DNA of 64,000 nucleotides from Cyanobacteria bacterium LVE1205-1 (GTDB lineage: Bacteria; Cyanobacteriota; Cyanobacteriia; CAIUCS01). The notes under the pieces were generated by a model. It saw only the letters and a list, made by a program, of their open reading frames with translations. It made no database searches and had not been told where the DNA came from. Shown here one piece after another: positions 52,500-63,489 of this stretch (its first letter is position 1; each line of letters opens with the position of its first letter). The DNA is taken from the NCBI GenBank assembly GCA_041879355.1, contig CP089922.1, positions 2,912,498 through 2,976,497 of the forward strand. The letters are read 5' to 3'. A program made the translations under genes and the position numbers.

Positions 52500-55255
52500 T
52501 TGCCAACTGAAACGGTTGAATGTACTCTTAGTAAAAACGATCGCCCAATCACTGTTTGGCAGGGTTCCCCCCGACCGATTCAGTTCACTAAATCAAGTCA
52601 AACAATTGGTAAGGGTGAGGTTTTAACTGATGTCACAACATCTCCTAAGTCCACCAAACCAGTTAATTCTTCCCTAAAGTGCCACTGGAATAGTAATCCC
52701 CTCACCCTATCCCAAGAACCAAAACCTGAATTCTCTGCCCATTCTGTTGGAGCAAGTTTTAATAAAATTAAACCGTCTAAGGTTTCCATAAAGCCTGCTT
52801 CATCACTTGCATCCAACACGCCTTCTAGTTCAGTGTTGCTGCTGGGTCAGTTTACTATTTCAAGTAACAGTGAGCCCATTGCGGTCAATGGTTCCAATCC
52901 CCCTTCCCACTTTGTCAACCCTAAGGAAGGGTTCGTAGCACCATCCCATCTGGTCAATACTCCCCTCTCTCCAACCTTAAACCATTCTGTCAATCCTGCC
53001 GAACTCTCTGGTTCCCCAACCATTCCTACCCAACCTCCCATTCAATCTAATCCTGATTTAGATGTTTCACCCTCTTCCCCTTCAAACACTATTACACCCA
53101 CTCCACAACGAGTCATTGAACTCATTGCTGACCGGCAAGACTATGATGCTGAACGACAAGTGGTTACTGCTGCTGGTGCAGTAACCATGAAGTTTGGTGA
53201 CTCAGTTTTAGTGAGTGATTACCTGCAGATCAATCTTAATGAGCAATTAGCTGTAGCCACTGGAAAAGTTACCCTGACTCGACAGGATCAGATTTTACAA
53301 GGAAAACGCCTTGAGTATAACTACTTGCAAGACCGTGGTCGGGTTTTAAACGGTCGGGGTTCCATTAACCTGCAAACTGCAAACTCAGATTTTAGTTCCA
53401 ATCAACCTAAGGATAGTCAAACTGGTGTCTTCCCTGATTTAGCATTGAGTAGCCGCTTAACCAGGAATCAACCATTCGCCGGGTCAAGTTCGTTGGTTGT
53501 TGACTCTAGTTCCAAGCTTGGTACTACCACGACTCCAACGAATCAAGCCTCTACACGACCTCAAGCTATTACCAGTTCGGGAGACTTGAGCTTTACCGCA
53601 GGGCTGGGCAGCAATTATGCTGATACTAGCGGTGATGGCGGGGGGATTAATCGGCTTAGGTACGAAGCTGAACAGGTTGATTTTAATGCCGATGGTTGGG
53701 ATGCTATTAATGTGAGGGTAACCAATGATCCGTTTTCTCCCCAGAATTTGAATTACGCTCGAACCGGGCTAAGTTGGTAAGATTCAGTCGAACCCAAGAC
53801 GAATTAACAGCATTTGCCCCCAAAATTGTATTTGACCAAAACCAAGTCATACCCTTACCCCGTGCCCGACTATTACTTGACCGGGAAAGACGAAATCCCA
53901 TCCCCCTTGGTATTGGAATAGATGAACGGGATCGGGGTGGTCTTTATGTGGAATGGGCACTGGATCCGTTCCGGGTTGGTGAAAATGGGCGATTTAGTTT
54001 AACGCCTCAATTTTTCATCCAACGGGCGATCGCGGAGCGTAATTTTAATATTGCTGACCCTTCAGTTTATGGAGTTGTTAGTCGTTTTAACTATTCCTTC
54101 AATCCACAGTTGTCCATAGATTCAAACTTTAGTTTGTCCAGTCTTAATCTGGATGACTTTGAAAATCAATTTCGAGCAAATATACAAGCCCGACAGTTGG
54201 TGGGAAACCATGTGTTGGCATTAGATTATAGCTATCGTGATCGACTTTATAATGGTTCCTTAGGATTTCAAGATGTCCAAAGTAGCCTTGGGTTAATTGT
54301 AACTTCTCCAACATTTACCGTTGGTGTTAACCTTCCAATCTATACAATACATCATAGCCTCAGCATTAATTTCCCTCAACAATGGAATGCTGACAGATTG
54401 AGACCAATGGAGAATTTATTGGGATTGGGGTCTCGGCATCGGACTGTATTATTTCCTTATCAACACAACTTCTCTGCTTATGCAGGAGCAAATCTATGGA
54501 AAATGGATGTGTTCCGCTATACCTCCATATTCAACCCATCTAGCACGGTCAACAATGATGGCTTTAATATCTCATACCAAATTGGTGCTCAACTCATTGA
54601 AGCGGATACGGATCGTCCAGAATTATTATCCACCGGTCGGATTAATAACCGGATTGAACTAACCCGGTATCAAGGTAGTTCCACCATCAGTCGTAGTTAT
54701 ATTCTTTGGCAGGGCTCTGCTTTACCCCCAACCCCTGAGGAAGGGCTACGGTTTTCTCCTCGCCCTGTTGTTCCCTATGTGCAATTATTTGGTAGTGTTA
54801 CCGGAACTGGGAGTATTTATAGCCAAGGAGATCATCAGTTTACCCTCAGGGGTACGGTTGGGTTGCAGGGGCAATTTGGGCATTTCTCTCGATCAGCATT
54901 TGATTTTACTGGCTTTAATGTCAGCCTTTCCCGTAGCATTCAGGCTGGTCAGTCTCCCTTTCTCTTTGACCGTGCTGTTGATCCCTATGTGTTATCAGCG
55001 GGGATTATTCAACAAGTCTTTGGTCCTATTCGCATTGGTTTTCAGACATCCATTAATTTGGAAAATATGCAGGAAATCAGCCCCGACTATATCCTGGAAT
55101 ACCAACGACGCAGTTATAGCGTTACTATTCGTTACAACCCTGTTCAACAAATTGGTGCTCTTACATTTCGGGTGAGTGACTTTAACTGGTTTGGCAACTC
55201 AGAGTTGTTTGAAGGCAGTGGTGTAAAATTGGTTGACGATGGACTCCGTCGATAG
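52500..55255 (+). CDS. LptD/OstA-like outer-membrane LPS-assembly protein. N-terminal OstA domain plus C-terminal beta-barrel. Frameshifted near 53766-53780. Start uncertain.
   Basis: OstA-N-like segment ADRQDYDAERQVVTAAGAVTMKFGD...ATGKVTLTRQDQILQGKRLEYN. The downstream ORF is rich in alternating amphipathic beta strands and ends with aromatic residues. Confidence 0.5.
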
Positions 55256-55314
55256 AATAATGAATTATCATGGCTTTACCTTATACTTTCCTATCAATCT
55301 ATCCTTAGACAGTT

Positions 55315-55668
55315 ATGCCCCTCCGTTGGTCCCATAAACCCGATCCCAAAGAACCAGACTATCGTCGTCTTGGAGATCGGCTTAATTTTGTTGTCCATGT
55401 CGCTTTTTTTGCAGCCATGAATTCAGGTTTATGGTTCGTTCGAGAGTTACAAATGGCTGATTGGCAGTGGGTTTTGTGGATTACCCTAGGGTGGATGGGC
55501 ATTCTTTCCATCCATGGAACTTATGTATTTGCCATCGCCAACTATGCCCCATTAGATTTCTCCAGCCCGTCAACAACTAGTAAGGGTTTTGGGCAGACCA
55601 AAGCTAGTGACATCCGCTTAAATGTATCCAAAGGTCTATCTTCTAAGGGTTCATCCCGAGGTAAATAA
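55315..55668 (+). CDS. Hypothetical membrane protein (117 aa)
   Basis: Two predicted TM helices. Confidence 0.35.
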   Translation: MPLRWSHKPDPKEPDYRRLGDRLNFVVHVAFFAAMNSGLWFVRELQMADWQWVLWITLGWMGILSIHGTYVFAIANYAPLDFSSPSTTSKGFGQTKASDIRLNVSKGLSSKGSSRGK

Positions 55669-55703
55669 TTATTCATAATCTCCCACAATAATGTTGGTAT
55701 TTA

Positions 55704-55871
55704 GTGGCTAACTTAAACTCAACCCGCCTTATAGAGTCTCTGGCGGCAGAAATTGGAGATGGGATTTATTTAGATATTGCGAAATGGCGTTTATATTTAT
55801 CCAACGCCCGTTTACACACTATCTTGGCTGAACGTCTATATCCATTAATGGTGGACGGATTCGTGGAATGA
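55704..55871 (+). CDS. Conserved cyanobacterial small protein (DUF3181-like), GTG start
   Basis: VANLNSTRLIESLAAEIGDGIYLDIAKWRLYLSNARLHTILAERLYPLMVDGFVE. Not in the ORF track. The opposite-strand ORF 55766-56104 is MITE-driven. Confidence 0.45.
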   Translation: MANLNSTRLIESLAAEIGDGIYLDIAKWRLYLSNARLHTILAERLYPLMVDGFVE

Positions 55872-56020
55872 ATCCAATGTATTGGAGGTTTTACGTTCAA
55901 TTCCAATTCAATTGGGAGGAGGGCGACATGAACTCCCATTGTTGGAGTTACTGCCCATCCATTGTCAAGTTGATTTAATGAACATCCTTGAAGAGTTTCA
56001 AAAAAATAATCGCTTCTAAG

Positions 56021-56110
56021 GGTGCATCCCAATTTTGCAGCCCTCACCCTAAATCCCTCTCCCTTTTTGGGAGACGAGGTTAGGGGATGAAGGCAAACGT
56101 GCAAAATTAG
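56021..56110. repeat. MITE family B copy (right TIR truncated)
   Basis: GGTGCATCCCAATTTTGCAG ... GAAGGCAAACGTGCAAAATT. Confidence 0.5.
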
Positions 56111-56173
56111 AATATGTTTTTAACCTTAACCCTAAGTCTCCACAGACTGAATGTCCAATTACATGAAAGCAGC

Positions 56174-57447
56174 ATGGTATATCAACCCCCCATAGGAACG
56201 AAAGATTTATTACCTCTGGAAGTGGCTCAAAAAGGCTGGATGGAAGACCGGGTACAAATGGTCTTCCATCGCTGGGGTTATCAGCGCATCATTACATCAA
56301 CTCTTGAACGATTGGATACCCTTAGGGCAGGAGGGGCAGTACGCCCTGAATCAGTATTACAAATTCAAACTGAAGGAGAAGCTTTAGGACTACGTCCTGA
56401 GTTGACTGCTTCCATCGCTCGTACCGCAGTCACTCGCATGGCAGGTGCTCCCCTTCCTCAACGACTCTACTATATTGCCAATGTGTTTCGGCGTTTGAGG
56501 GGGAGGGCATTAACGGTAGTCAGGAATTATTCCAAGCAGGGGTAGAACTTTTAGGAGGGAATGGTCTGCCGGCAGATAGCGAAATTCTCTTGGTGTTGTT
56601 GGACTGTTTAAGCACGCTGGGTTTACGTCATTGGTGCATCGTGTTAGGAGAAGCTGAACTAACCCGATCCTTGCTCATGCCCTTTCCTGATAATGTGAGA
56701 AATGGGGTGCGTCGGGCGATCGCCCATTTAGATCGGGTATGCTTAGAAACAATGCCCATGGCTGAGGAATTAAGAAAAAGAGCCTTAATACTGTTAGACC
56801 TGCGGGGGGAACCAACGAAGGTTATTCAAACGTTAAATGGACTGGACTTAAATCCAAACCAACGGGGATTGGTTAACCGCTTAAAAGCTTTAGCTGAACT
56901 GTTTACAGAAAATACAACCCTCCTCCAATATGAGACGGTTTCCTCTCCTACAACCACCTTAATTCTAGACCTTAGCTTAATTCAGACCTTTGATTACTAT
57001 ACAGGTATTGTTTTTGAGGTGATCAGTGATATTGAAACAGGTCAACGGATATTAGGACAGGGGGGTCGGTATGACCAGCTATTAGGGCATTATCATCCCC
57101 AAGGTAAAGGCTATTCAGGGATTGGATTTTGTTTAAATGTGGAAGAGTTACAACAGGCTTTACTAAAACTAAATCAACTCCCCCAGGAAATCCCTCCCAT
57201 TGACTGGTTGGTGGTTCCTACCACTAACCAATCCCGAAGTGCGGCTTTCGCCTATGCCCAGGACTTAAGGAAGAACCCCCATCCACTGAGGGTGGAGGTT
57301 TATTTGGAGGAAGATCTTGAACCTGCTTCAGTGCGGGACTATGCCCACGGACGTAACATAAAACGCATTGCTTGGGTGGAAGATGGACCGTCAGGTGCCC
57401 TTGAGAATCGCAGCCAGCCATTCGTGGAGATTGTCAACGATAGGTAG
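56174..57447 (+). CDS. hisZ: ATP phosphoribosyltransferase regulatory subunit HisZ. Frameshifted in a G5 run at 56499-56503.
   Basis: MVYQPPIGTKDLLP N-terminus and the HisRS-like core. The alternative frame after the G-run continues into 56590-57447. Confidence 0.8.
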
Positions 57448-57485
57448 GAATTAATTTATCCACCATAAACCAATGGGTGCCGGAA

Positions 57486-57590
57486 TCATTTCTCCCGGGA
57501 ATCTAAGAATTGCACCAACATTAAATATAGAAATGCTAAAAATAAAGAAATTCCGCCTGTGGTGATAGCAACAATCTTTGAAAACTCCAT
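57486..57590 (-). CDS. Candidate 34-aa single-TM peptide (unassigned)
   Basis: MEFSKIVAITTGGISLFLAFLYLMLVQFLDSREK lies in the convergent hisZ/hisA intergenic region. It has the composition of a small thylakoid subunit but no confident match. Confidence 0.2.
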   Translation of the reverse strand: MEFSKIVAITTGGISLFLAFLYLMLVQFLDSREK

Positions 57591-57736
57591 TTTTTACCCA
57601 TCAGTTTCTAAGGTTATAGTTTAATCATACTGAGTTTGATAGGGATTTCCATAAATCCCCTTAAATTATGGAGAGGACACCTAATATCTTCCCCAAGCAG
57701 AGAACCTGTTGTTTAATTAAGCAAATGAAGAAGATA

Positions 57737-58504
57737 TCATCTCTGGGGGACATCCTGCCAACGCCCTGATCCAATGGCTCGTAATGCTTCTTTAAAGATT
57801 ACATCACCAGTGTATAGGGCTCGTCCTACTATCACTCCGGTAACCCCTAAGGGTTCCAACGTTAAAAGGCTTAGGAGATCACTGGTGGAACCCACTCCTC
57901 CAGAGGCAATGACAGGGATTGATAGGACGTGAACCAGTTTTCTAAGGGCATCCTGATTAACCCCCTCCAAGGTGCCATCCCGTTGAATATCGGTATAAAT
58001 AATACCTGACACCCCTATTTGTGCCATTGCTTCAGCTAAATCAGAGGCGAAAACAGCAGATGTTTTCACCCATCCTCGAGTTGCTACCTTACCGTCACGG
58101 GCATCAATTCCAACTAAAATTTTTCCTGGAAATTCCCCACATAGCTGACGGACAAAATCTGGGTTTTCTACAGCGGCAGTCCCAATAATTACCTGATGCA
58201 CCCCGAGATCAAAGAGGGCGGCAACGGAAGCGCGATCGCGTAAACCGCCCCCCACTTGAATTTCAACTGACCCAGATTGGGACTTTAATGTCTTTACAAT
58301 GGATCCAATGACAGATAAATTAACTGGGTATCCAGCCTTAGCACCATCCAAATCAACGATGTGTAAACGTTGAGCACCTTCATGTACCCACCGTTGGGCA
58401 ACTATCACAGGATCACAACTAAAGGTTTCCACCTGTTCATAATTTCCCTGATAGAGCCGGACACAACTACCATTCAGTAAATCAATTGCGGGAATAATAT
58501 CCAT
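57737..58504 (-). CDS. hisA: ProFAR isomerase HisA
   Basis: [17 protein letters not shown]...VGGGLRD...[15 protein letters not shown], a TIM-barrel. Confidence 0.9.
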   Translation of the reverse strand: MDIIPAIDLLNGSCVRLYQGNYEQVETFSCDPVIVAQRWVHEGAQRLHIVDLDGAKAGYPVNLSVIGSIVKTLKSQSGSVEIQVGGGLRDRASVAALFDLGVHQVIIGTAAVENPDFVRQLCGEFPGKILVGIDARDGKVATRGWVKTSAVFASDLAEAMAQIGVSGIIYTDIQRDGTLEGVNQDALRKLVHVLSIPVIASGGVGSTSDLLSLLTLEPLGVTGVIVGRALYTGDVIFKEALRAIGSGRWQDVPQR

Positions 58505-58522
58505 AATGATGAAATTAGAGGG

Positions 58523-58900
58523 TCAGCCATCAGACTGATGATTTTGTAATTGTTCTAATTCTTTTCTGAGGGCTGCCAACTGTGCAGTTAATTCTTGTAA
58601 ATCCGACTGTGTATCCGTGTCAGCAACGGGAGTGGCGGTGGCATTTACTGTTGTTGGCTGGGATCCTTGAACAAGACCAGATTGAGCCAAGATATGATCC
58701 ACAAAATTACGAGCCTCTTGTTCCGTTAATTCACCTTTCACTGCCAATTCCTCTGTAAATTCAGTGGGATTTTGAAATAGTTTGGTAAAGTTTTCATCCC
58801 GTTTTTGGGAATCCTGAAGACTTTCAATGAGGGAAGAAGTTGCTCCTAAAGCAACGCGCACACCTTTTTGGGCAAGTTGGGGTAGTGTTTCGGGGTTCAT
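58523..58900 (-). CDS. Hypothetical protein with a C-terminal coiled coil (125 aa)
   Basis: ORF only. Confidence 0.35.
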   Translation of the reverse strand: MNPETLPQLAQKGVRVALGATSSLIESLQDSQKRDENFTKLFQNPTEFTEELAVKGELTEQEARNFVDHILAQSGLVQGSQPTTVNATATPVADTDTQSDLQELTAQLAALRKELEQLQNHQSDG

Positions 58901-59102
58901 TGGTTGACTCGGTTGGGGTTTTAGGATTCAGGTTAAGGGTATGTCAATGGTATCAACAGCGGACAGGTTAAATTCTAGTCTATGGTAGTCACTATTGACA
59001 CTCCTCCAGTAAATGGGTTGGTGGCTCAGCCCGCTGGCTCCTCCCCTAGGGGGGAATGAACCGATACCCATCGTATTGTATACCGTCATTGGCTTTAACA
59101 CC

Positions 59103-60014
59103 CTATGAGATAGTGGATGGTTCAAGCTGAGTTAATGTTGGCAACCAGTCCAAGATTAATTGATTTACAATCTGGGGACATTCATCATGGGGGCAATGAC
59201 CGGCATTAGGGATGGGAATAAATTGAATTGCCTTGGCTTGGGCATATTCCTGATAAATATTGCTACTAGTAATGGGAGTCCATGGGTCAGAGTCACCCCA
59301 TAGCACTAACAACGGGCGATGGATCATGGGCAGCAAGTCATTAGGACTAGGTCCAGGGGGAGCAGTTACAATTGATGCGAATACCTTCTGGGCTCCAGGA
59401 TGACAAGATGGTTCATAGAGCATATCCACCAATTCATCAGTTACCGCTTCATGGTCGCAATATACTTGTAACAATGTCTCACGAATCCGACCCCTTTGTC
59501 GAATAAAATTAAAGAGTAGAGGTCCTGTCAAAGGGGATTTGACTAACTGAGCAAAACACTGCATTACCCACCTCATCATGGGATTGAATTCACTGGGACG
59601 GTGACTCAACCCACCGGCACTGTTAATTAACACTGCCCCCAAGGATACCCGGGGATGGTGACTAACAACCATAAGGCTGAGGAGTGCCCCAATTGAATTC
59701 CCCACAAAAACCGTAGGCGAGCCAATGTGGTCTTGCCAAAAATCAATGATTAAACGTTCCCAAAGCTGCAGACTGTAATCTACTGGAGCCTTATCAGAAT
59801 CACCAAAACCTAGCAGGTCAATGGCAAATACTTTATAACCTGCTGCGGACAACACTGGAATATTTTTTCGCCAGTGACCGATGCAGGCTCCAAAACCATG
59901 GATCAATAACAGGGGGATACCACTTCCCGTTACCGAATAAACAATTTGATGACCTTCCCACCACCAAAAATGCTTTTCTAATTGATCTAAAGTACTGGGC
60001 ACTTCTAATATCAC
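59103..60014 (-). CDS. Alpha/beta-fold hydrolase
   Basis: HGFG...GNSIGALL nucleophile elbow, and a His near the C-terminus. Confidence 0.7.
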   Translation of the reverse strand: MILEVPSTLDQLEKHFWWWEGHQIVYSVTGSGIPLLLIHGFGACIGHWRKNIPVLSAAGYKVFAIDLLGFGDSDKAPVDYSLQLWERLIIDFWQDHIGSPTVFVGNSIGALLSLMVVSHHPRVSLGAVLINSAGGLSHRPSEFNPMMRWVMQCFAQLVKSPLTGPLLFNFIRQRGRIRETLLQVYCDHEAVTDELVDMLYEPSCHPGAQKVFASIVTAPPGPSPNDLLPMIHRPLLVLWGDSDPWTPITSSNIYQEYAQAKAIQFIPIPNAGHCPHDECPQIVNQLILDWLPTLTQLEPSTIS

Positions 60015-60147
60015 GGCAAATTTCCAATATGACTAGAATTATTAAGATTTATAAATTTATTATACATAATTTATGGTTTTCAGTCCAGGTGGCGCAATCT
60101 TCCCGTTGATTCCATTGTCTCTCCCGCAAGGAGGGGGAGATTGGAAG

Positions 60148-60276
60148 GAGTACATCCCAATTTTGTAGTCCTCTCCCCAAGTCCCTCTCGAGAGGGACTT
60201 GGAATCTGCTTCCCCTTCTCCCTTTCTGGGAGAAGGGATTAGGGGATGAGGGCAAACTTGCAAAATTGGGATACTC
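60148..60276. mobile_element. MITE family B, most complete copy. About 20-bp TIRs GAGTACATCCCAATTTTGTAG / CTTGCAAAATTGGGATACTC.
   Basis: The TIRs are reverse complements. The interior has two hairpins (CCAAGTCCCTCTCGAGAGGGACTTGG; CCTTCTCCCTTTCTGGGAGAAGG). Confidence 0.55.
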
Positions 60277-60563
60277 TCTTTGAAAGTACAGAAAGAGAAT
60301 AAGCCATCTGCAGATTTGGATAAACTGTTAAGAATCACCCTACTTCTAGGACAGTGAGTATGTCAAAATCATATAAAATCAAGGAGAAGTTCTTAGTAAC
60401 CACTAACGCTTTCCCATTCTTGGGTCTAAAAACTACTTTTTCATCGCAACCGTTCACTTCCCCTGGAAATGGAGTTGGCAGGTGTAGTCCGCGTCCCTTT
60501 CTATGGGGGAAAATGTGAACAATTCCATCCATCAATTCCTAATTTAGTAAAAGGTAAAAACCT

Positions 60564-60793
60564 ATGATTCAACGCGGTTCTAAAGTCCGTATTCTTCGCA
60601 AAGAATCCTACTGGTATAACGAAGTGGGCACTGTTGCATCCGTAGACCAAAGCGGAATCAAATATCCAGTAATTGTCCGTTTTGATACGGTCAACTACAA
60701 CGGATTCAGTGGTAGTGCCGGGGAGTTAATACCAACAACTTTGCTACCACTGAACTAGTGGAAGTTGCACCACCTCCAGCGAAGAAAAAATAA
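60564..60793 (+). CDS. psaE: Photosystem I subunit IV PsaE. C-terminus frameshifted in a G4 run at 60720-60723.
   Basis: [45 protein letters not shown]. The corrected frame gives ...[24 protein letters not shown]. Confidence 0.85.
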
Positions 60794-61013
60794 ATCCCAA
60801 GGGTACCGTTGCTTTTTAATTTCAGGCTAAAACTTCATGAAAACCAAGTTTTAGTCTGAAATTTTATGAACGAGGGTTTCGCAGTGTCCATAAGACCCAT
60901 GGAAGCCGAAACAATCAGCTGTAAAAATGGGAAGCCCATACTCCACCGTCTAAGTGAGGGTTAGGAGAATGTTACAATAAAAAAACCTTTGCCCCCAATC
61001 ATGTTTAGCCGGA

Positions 61014-62138
61014 ATGTCCAGCCAATCTTCTATTCTGAGTTCTGTTACCCCTAATATTCGTCGTCGGGTTGTGTTTCCTTTTACTGCCATCGTTGGACAA
61101 GAGGAAATGAAATTAGCATTGATACTAAATATCATTGACCCCAAAATTGGAGGTGTGATGATTATGGGCGATCGCGGCACTGGAAAATCAACCACTATCC
61201 GTGCCCTTGCCGATTTACTGCCAGAAATTGACGTAGTAGCTGAAGATCCATTTAATAGTCATCCCCACGATCCTGAATTAATGGGGGATGCTGTCAGGCA
61301 GCAAATCGAAAACGGGCACTCTCCAACCATTACTCGTAAAAAAGTCACCATGGTGGATTCTCCCCTAGGAGCTACTGAAGACAGGGTGTGTGGCACCATT
61401 GATATTGAAAAAGCCCTTTCTGAGGGAGTTAAAGCGTTTGAACCGGGATTACTGGCTCGCGCTAATCGCGGTATTTTGTATGTGGATGAAGTGAACCTAT
61501 TGGACGACCACCTGGTGGATGTCCTTTTAGATGCAGCGGCATCGGGCTGGAACACCGTGGAACGGGAAGGAATTTCCATCCGTCATCCTGCCCGATTTGT
61601 ACTGGTCGGTTCAGGAAATCCAGAAGAGGGAGAGTTACGTCCCCAACTTTTAGACCGGTTTGGGATGCACGCTGAAATTCGAACCGTTAAGGAGCCCGAA
61701 CTAAGAGTACAAATTGTTGAACAACGGACTGAATTTGATCACAATCCGGTTCAGTTCCTTTCCCATTATCAAACAGAACAAAACACCCTACAGCAAAAGA
61801 TCCTGAATGCCCAATCCCATTTGTCTGCCATCACGTTAGAGTATGACCTGCGGGTGCTCATCTCCCGTGTTTGTTCTGAATTGGATGTGGACGGATTAAG
61901 AGGGGATATTGTGACTAACCGTGCTGCTAAAGCATTAACGGCATTTGAAGGGAGACGTGAAGTGACCACGGATGACATTCAACGGGTCATCACCCTTTGT
62001 TTACGCCATCGGTTACGAAAGGATCCTCTTGAGTCCATCGATTCTGGGCAAAAAGTGTTGAAAACATTTTACCGGGTCTTTGGACTAGAAGACTCCATTG
62101 GGTCGGTTACCCACAACAGCAGTATTAAAAAGAAATAG
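61014..62138 (+). CDS. chlI: Magnesium chelatase ATPase subunit ChlI
   Basis: FPFTAIVGQEEMKLAL...GDRGTGKST, an AAA+ protein. Confidence 0.9.
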   Translation: MSSQSSILSSVTPNIRRRVVFPFTAIVGQEEMKLALILNIIDPKIGGVMIMGDRGTGKSTTIRALADLLPEIDVVAEDPFNSHPHDPELMGDAVRQQIENGHSPTITRKKVTMVDSPLGATEDRVCGTIDIEKALSEGVKAFEPGLLARANRGILYVDEVNLLDDHLVDVLLDAAASGWNTVEREGISIRHPARFVLVGSGNPEEGELRPQLLDRFGMHAEIRTVKEPELRVQIVEQRTEFDHNPVQFLSHYQTEQNTLQQKILNAQSHLSAITLEYDLRVLISRVCSELDVDGLRGDIVTNRAAKALTAFEGRREVTTDDIQRVITLCLRHRLRKDPLESIDSGQKVLKTFYRVFGLEDSIGSVTHNSSIKKK

Positions 62139-62154
62139 TCTTCATTTGGTTAAT

Positions 62155-63297
62155 TTAACTGGACACCAAAGCTTCATTCAGGTAAAACGCTACCTTTTGC
62201 TGTTGTTCCTCCGTCAATTCTGGAAACATGGGTAATGAAATGACCTCGCGACACACTTGTTCGGCAATTGGAAAATGACCAGCGCCATAGCCTAAAGATT
62301 GGTAAACAGACTGTAGATGTAAGGGTAAAGGGTAATAAATCATTGAACCAACACCGTGATTTAGCAGGAACTGACGCACATGATCCCGATGGTTACCCTG
62401 CCCTGTGACCATTGATTCTGTGACCCGAATGGTATACTGATTCCAGACGCTCTGCCCTTTCTTGAGAACCTCTGGTAGTGCTATCCCCGATATATGCTCA
62501 AGTTGTTGCTGATACCGATTGGCAGCTACGGTTCGATGATAGTTCCAATCAGGTAAGTATTTTAATTTAATCTGTAAAATAGCTGCCTGTAACGCATCTA
62601 ACCGGCTATTGACCCCAATTTCCTCGTGGTAATACCGGGTCTTACTACCATGTTCCTGTAACATTCTCACTTTAGCCGCAAGGTGGGGGTCATTGGTTGT
62701 AATGGCACCTCCATCGCCACAGCCTCCCAAATTCTTAGTGGGGTAAAAACTGAAGCAACCGATATGTCCTATACTTCCCACAGATTGATTTGCCCAAACT
62801 GCCCCTGCAGACTGGGCGCAGTCTTCAACTACATAAAGATTATGGCTTCTGGCAGTTTGCATTAAAGCAGACATATCTACAGGTTGACCAAATAAATGCA
62901 CTGGTATCACTGCCCGGGTACGGTCAGTAATGGCATCTTCAATTTTGGTAACATCCATATTGAAGGTGTGGGGATTAATATCGACAAAAACCGGGGTTGC
63001 CCCCACGGCGCTAATAACCTCAGCAGTGGCAAAAAATGTGAAAGGGGTGGTGATTACCTCATCCCCGGAACCAATTTGTAGCGCTCTCAGGGCTAAATAA
63101 AGGGCATCAGTACCTGAATTGCAGGCTACACATTCTGAAACACCCACATAATCGGCAAACATTCGTTCAAATGAACGAACCGTTTCTCCCCCAATGTAAG
63201 CACCCGAAGCTAGTACTGCCAACACTGCTCTTTCTATTTCCAGTTGAATTGTTTTATATTGGGATACCAAATCCAACAGAGGAATTTTATTCACCAA
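62155..63297 (-). CDS. DegT/DnrJ/EryC1/StrS-family PLP-dependent sugar aminotransferase
   Basis: 380 aa with family-typical segments (GDEVITTPFTFFAT; SFYPTKNLG). Confidence 0.8.
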   Translation of the reverse strand: MVNKIPLLDLVSQYKTIQLEIERAVLAVLASGAYIGGETVRSFERMFADYVGVSECVACNSGTDALYLALRALQIGSGDEVITTPFTFFATAEVISAVGATPVFVDINPHTFNMDVTKIEDAITDRTRAVIPVHLFGQPVDMSALMQTARSHNLYVVEDCAQSAGAVWANQSVGSIGHIGCFSFYPTKNLGGCGDGGAITTNDPHLAAKVRMLQEHGSKTRYYHEEIGVNSRLDALQAAILQIKLKYLPDWNYHRTVAANRYQQQLEHISGIALPEVLKKGQSVWNQYTIRVTESMVTGQGNHRDHVRQFLLNHGVGSMIYYPLPLHLQSVYQSLGYGAGHFPIAEQVCREVISLPMFPELTEEQQQKVAFYLNEALVSS

Positions 63298-63489
63298 TAA
63301 CCTCCTGTTCTTACTATTGTTAATAGTTTATCTTTTTGACATCCAATTGAACAATTTCTGGGGAGCAACATCACTGGTTTTAGAGGATTTTCACTCCTAT
63401 TTTGATTAGCATGGCTATTCACCACACATACATGCTCGAGCTTTTATTCAGGATCCTGAGATTAAACTGTTCTAAACTAGGACCTTGAG

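Noticed and set aside
55766-56104. 112-aa ORF on the minus strand
   Set aside because: It overlaps a MITE family B copy and is antisense to a conserved small ORF (55704-55871).
60049-60338. ORFs 60049-60255 and 60060-60338 (-)
   Set aside because: They lie entirely within the MITE family B element 60148-60276 and its flanks.
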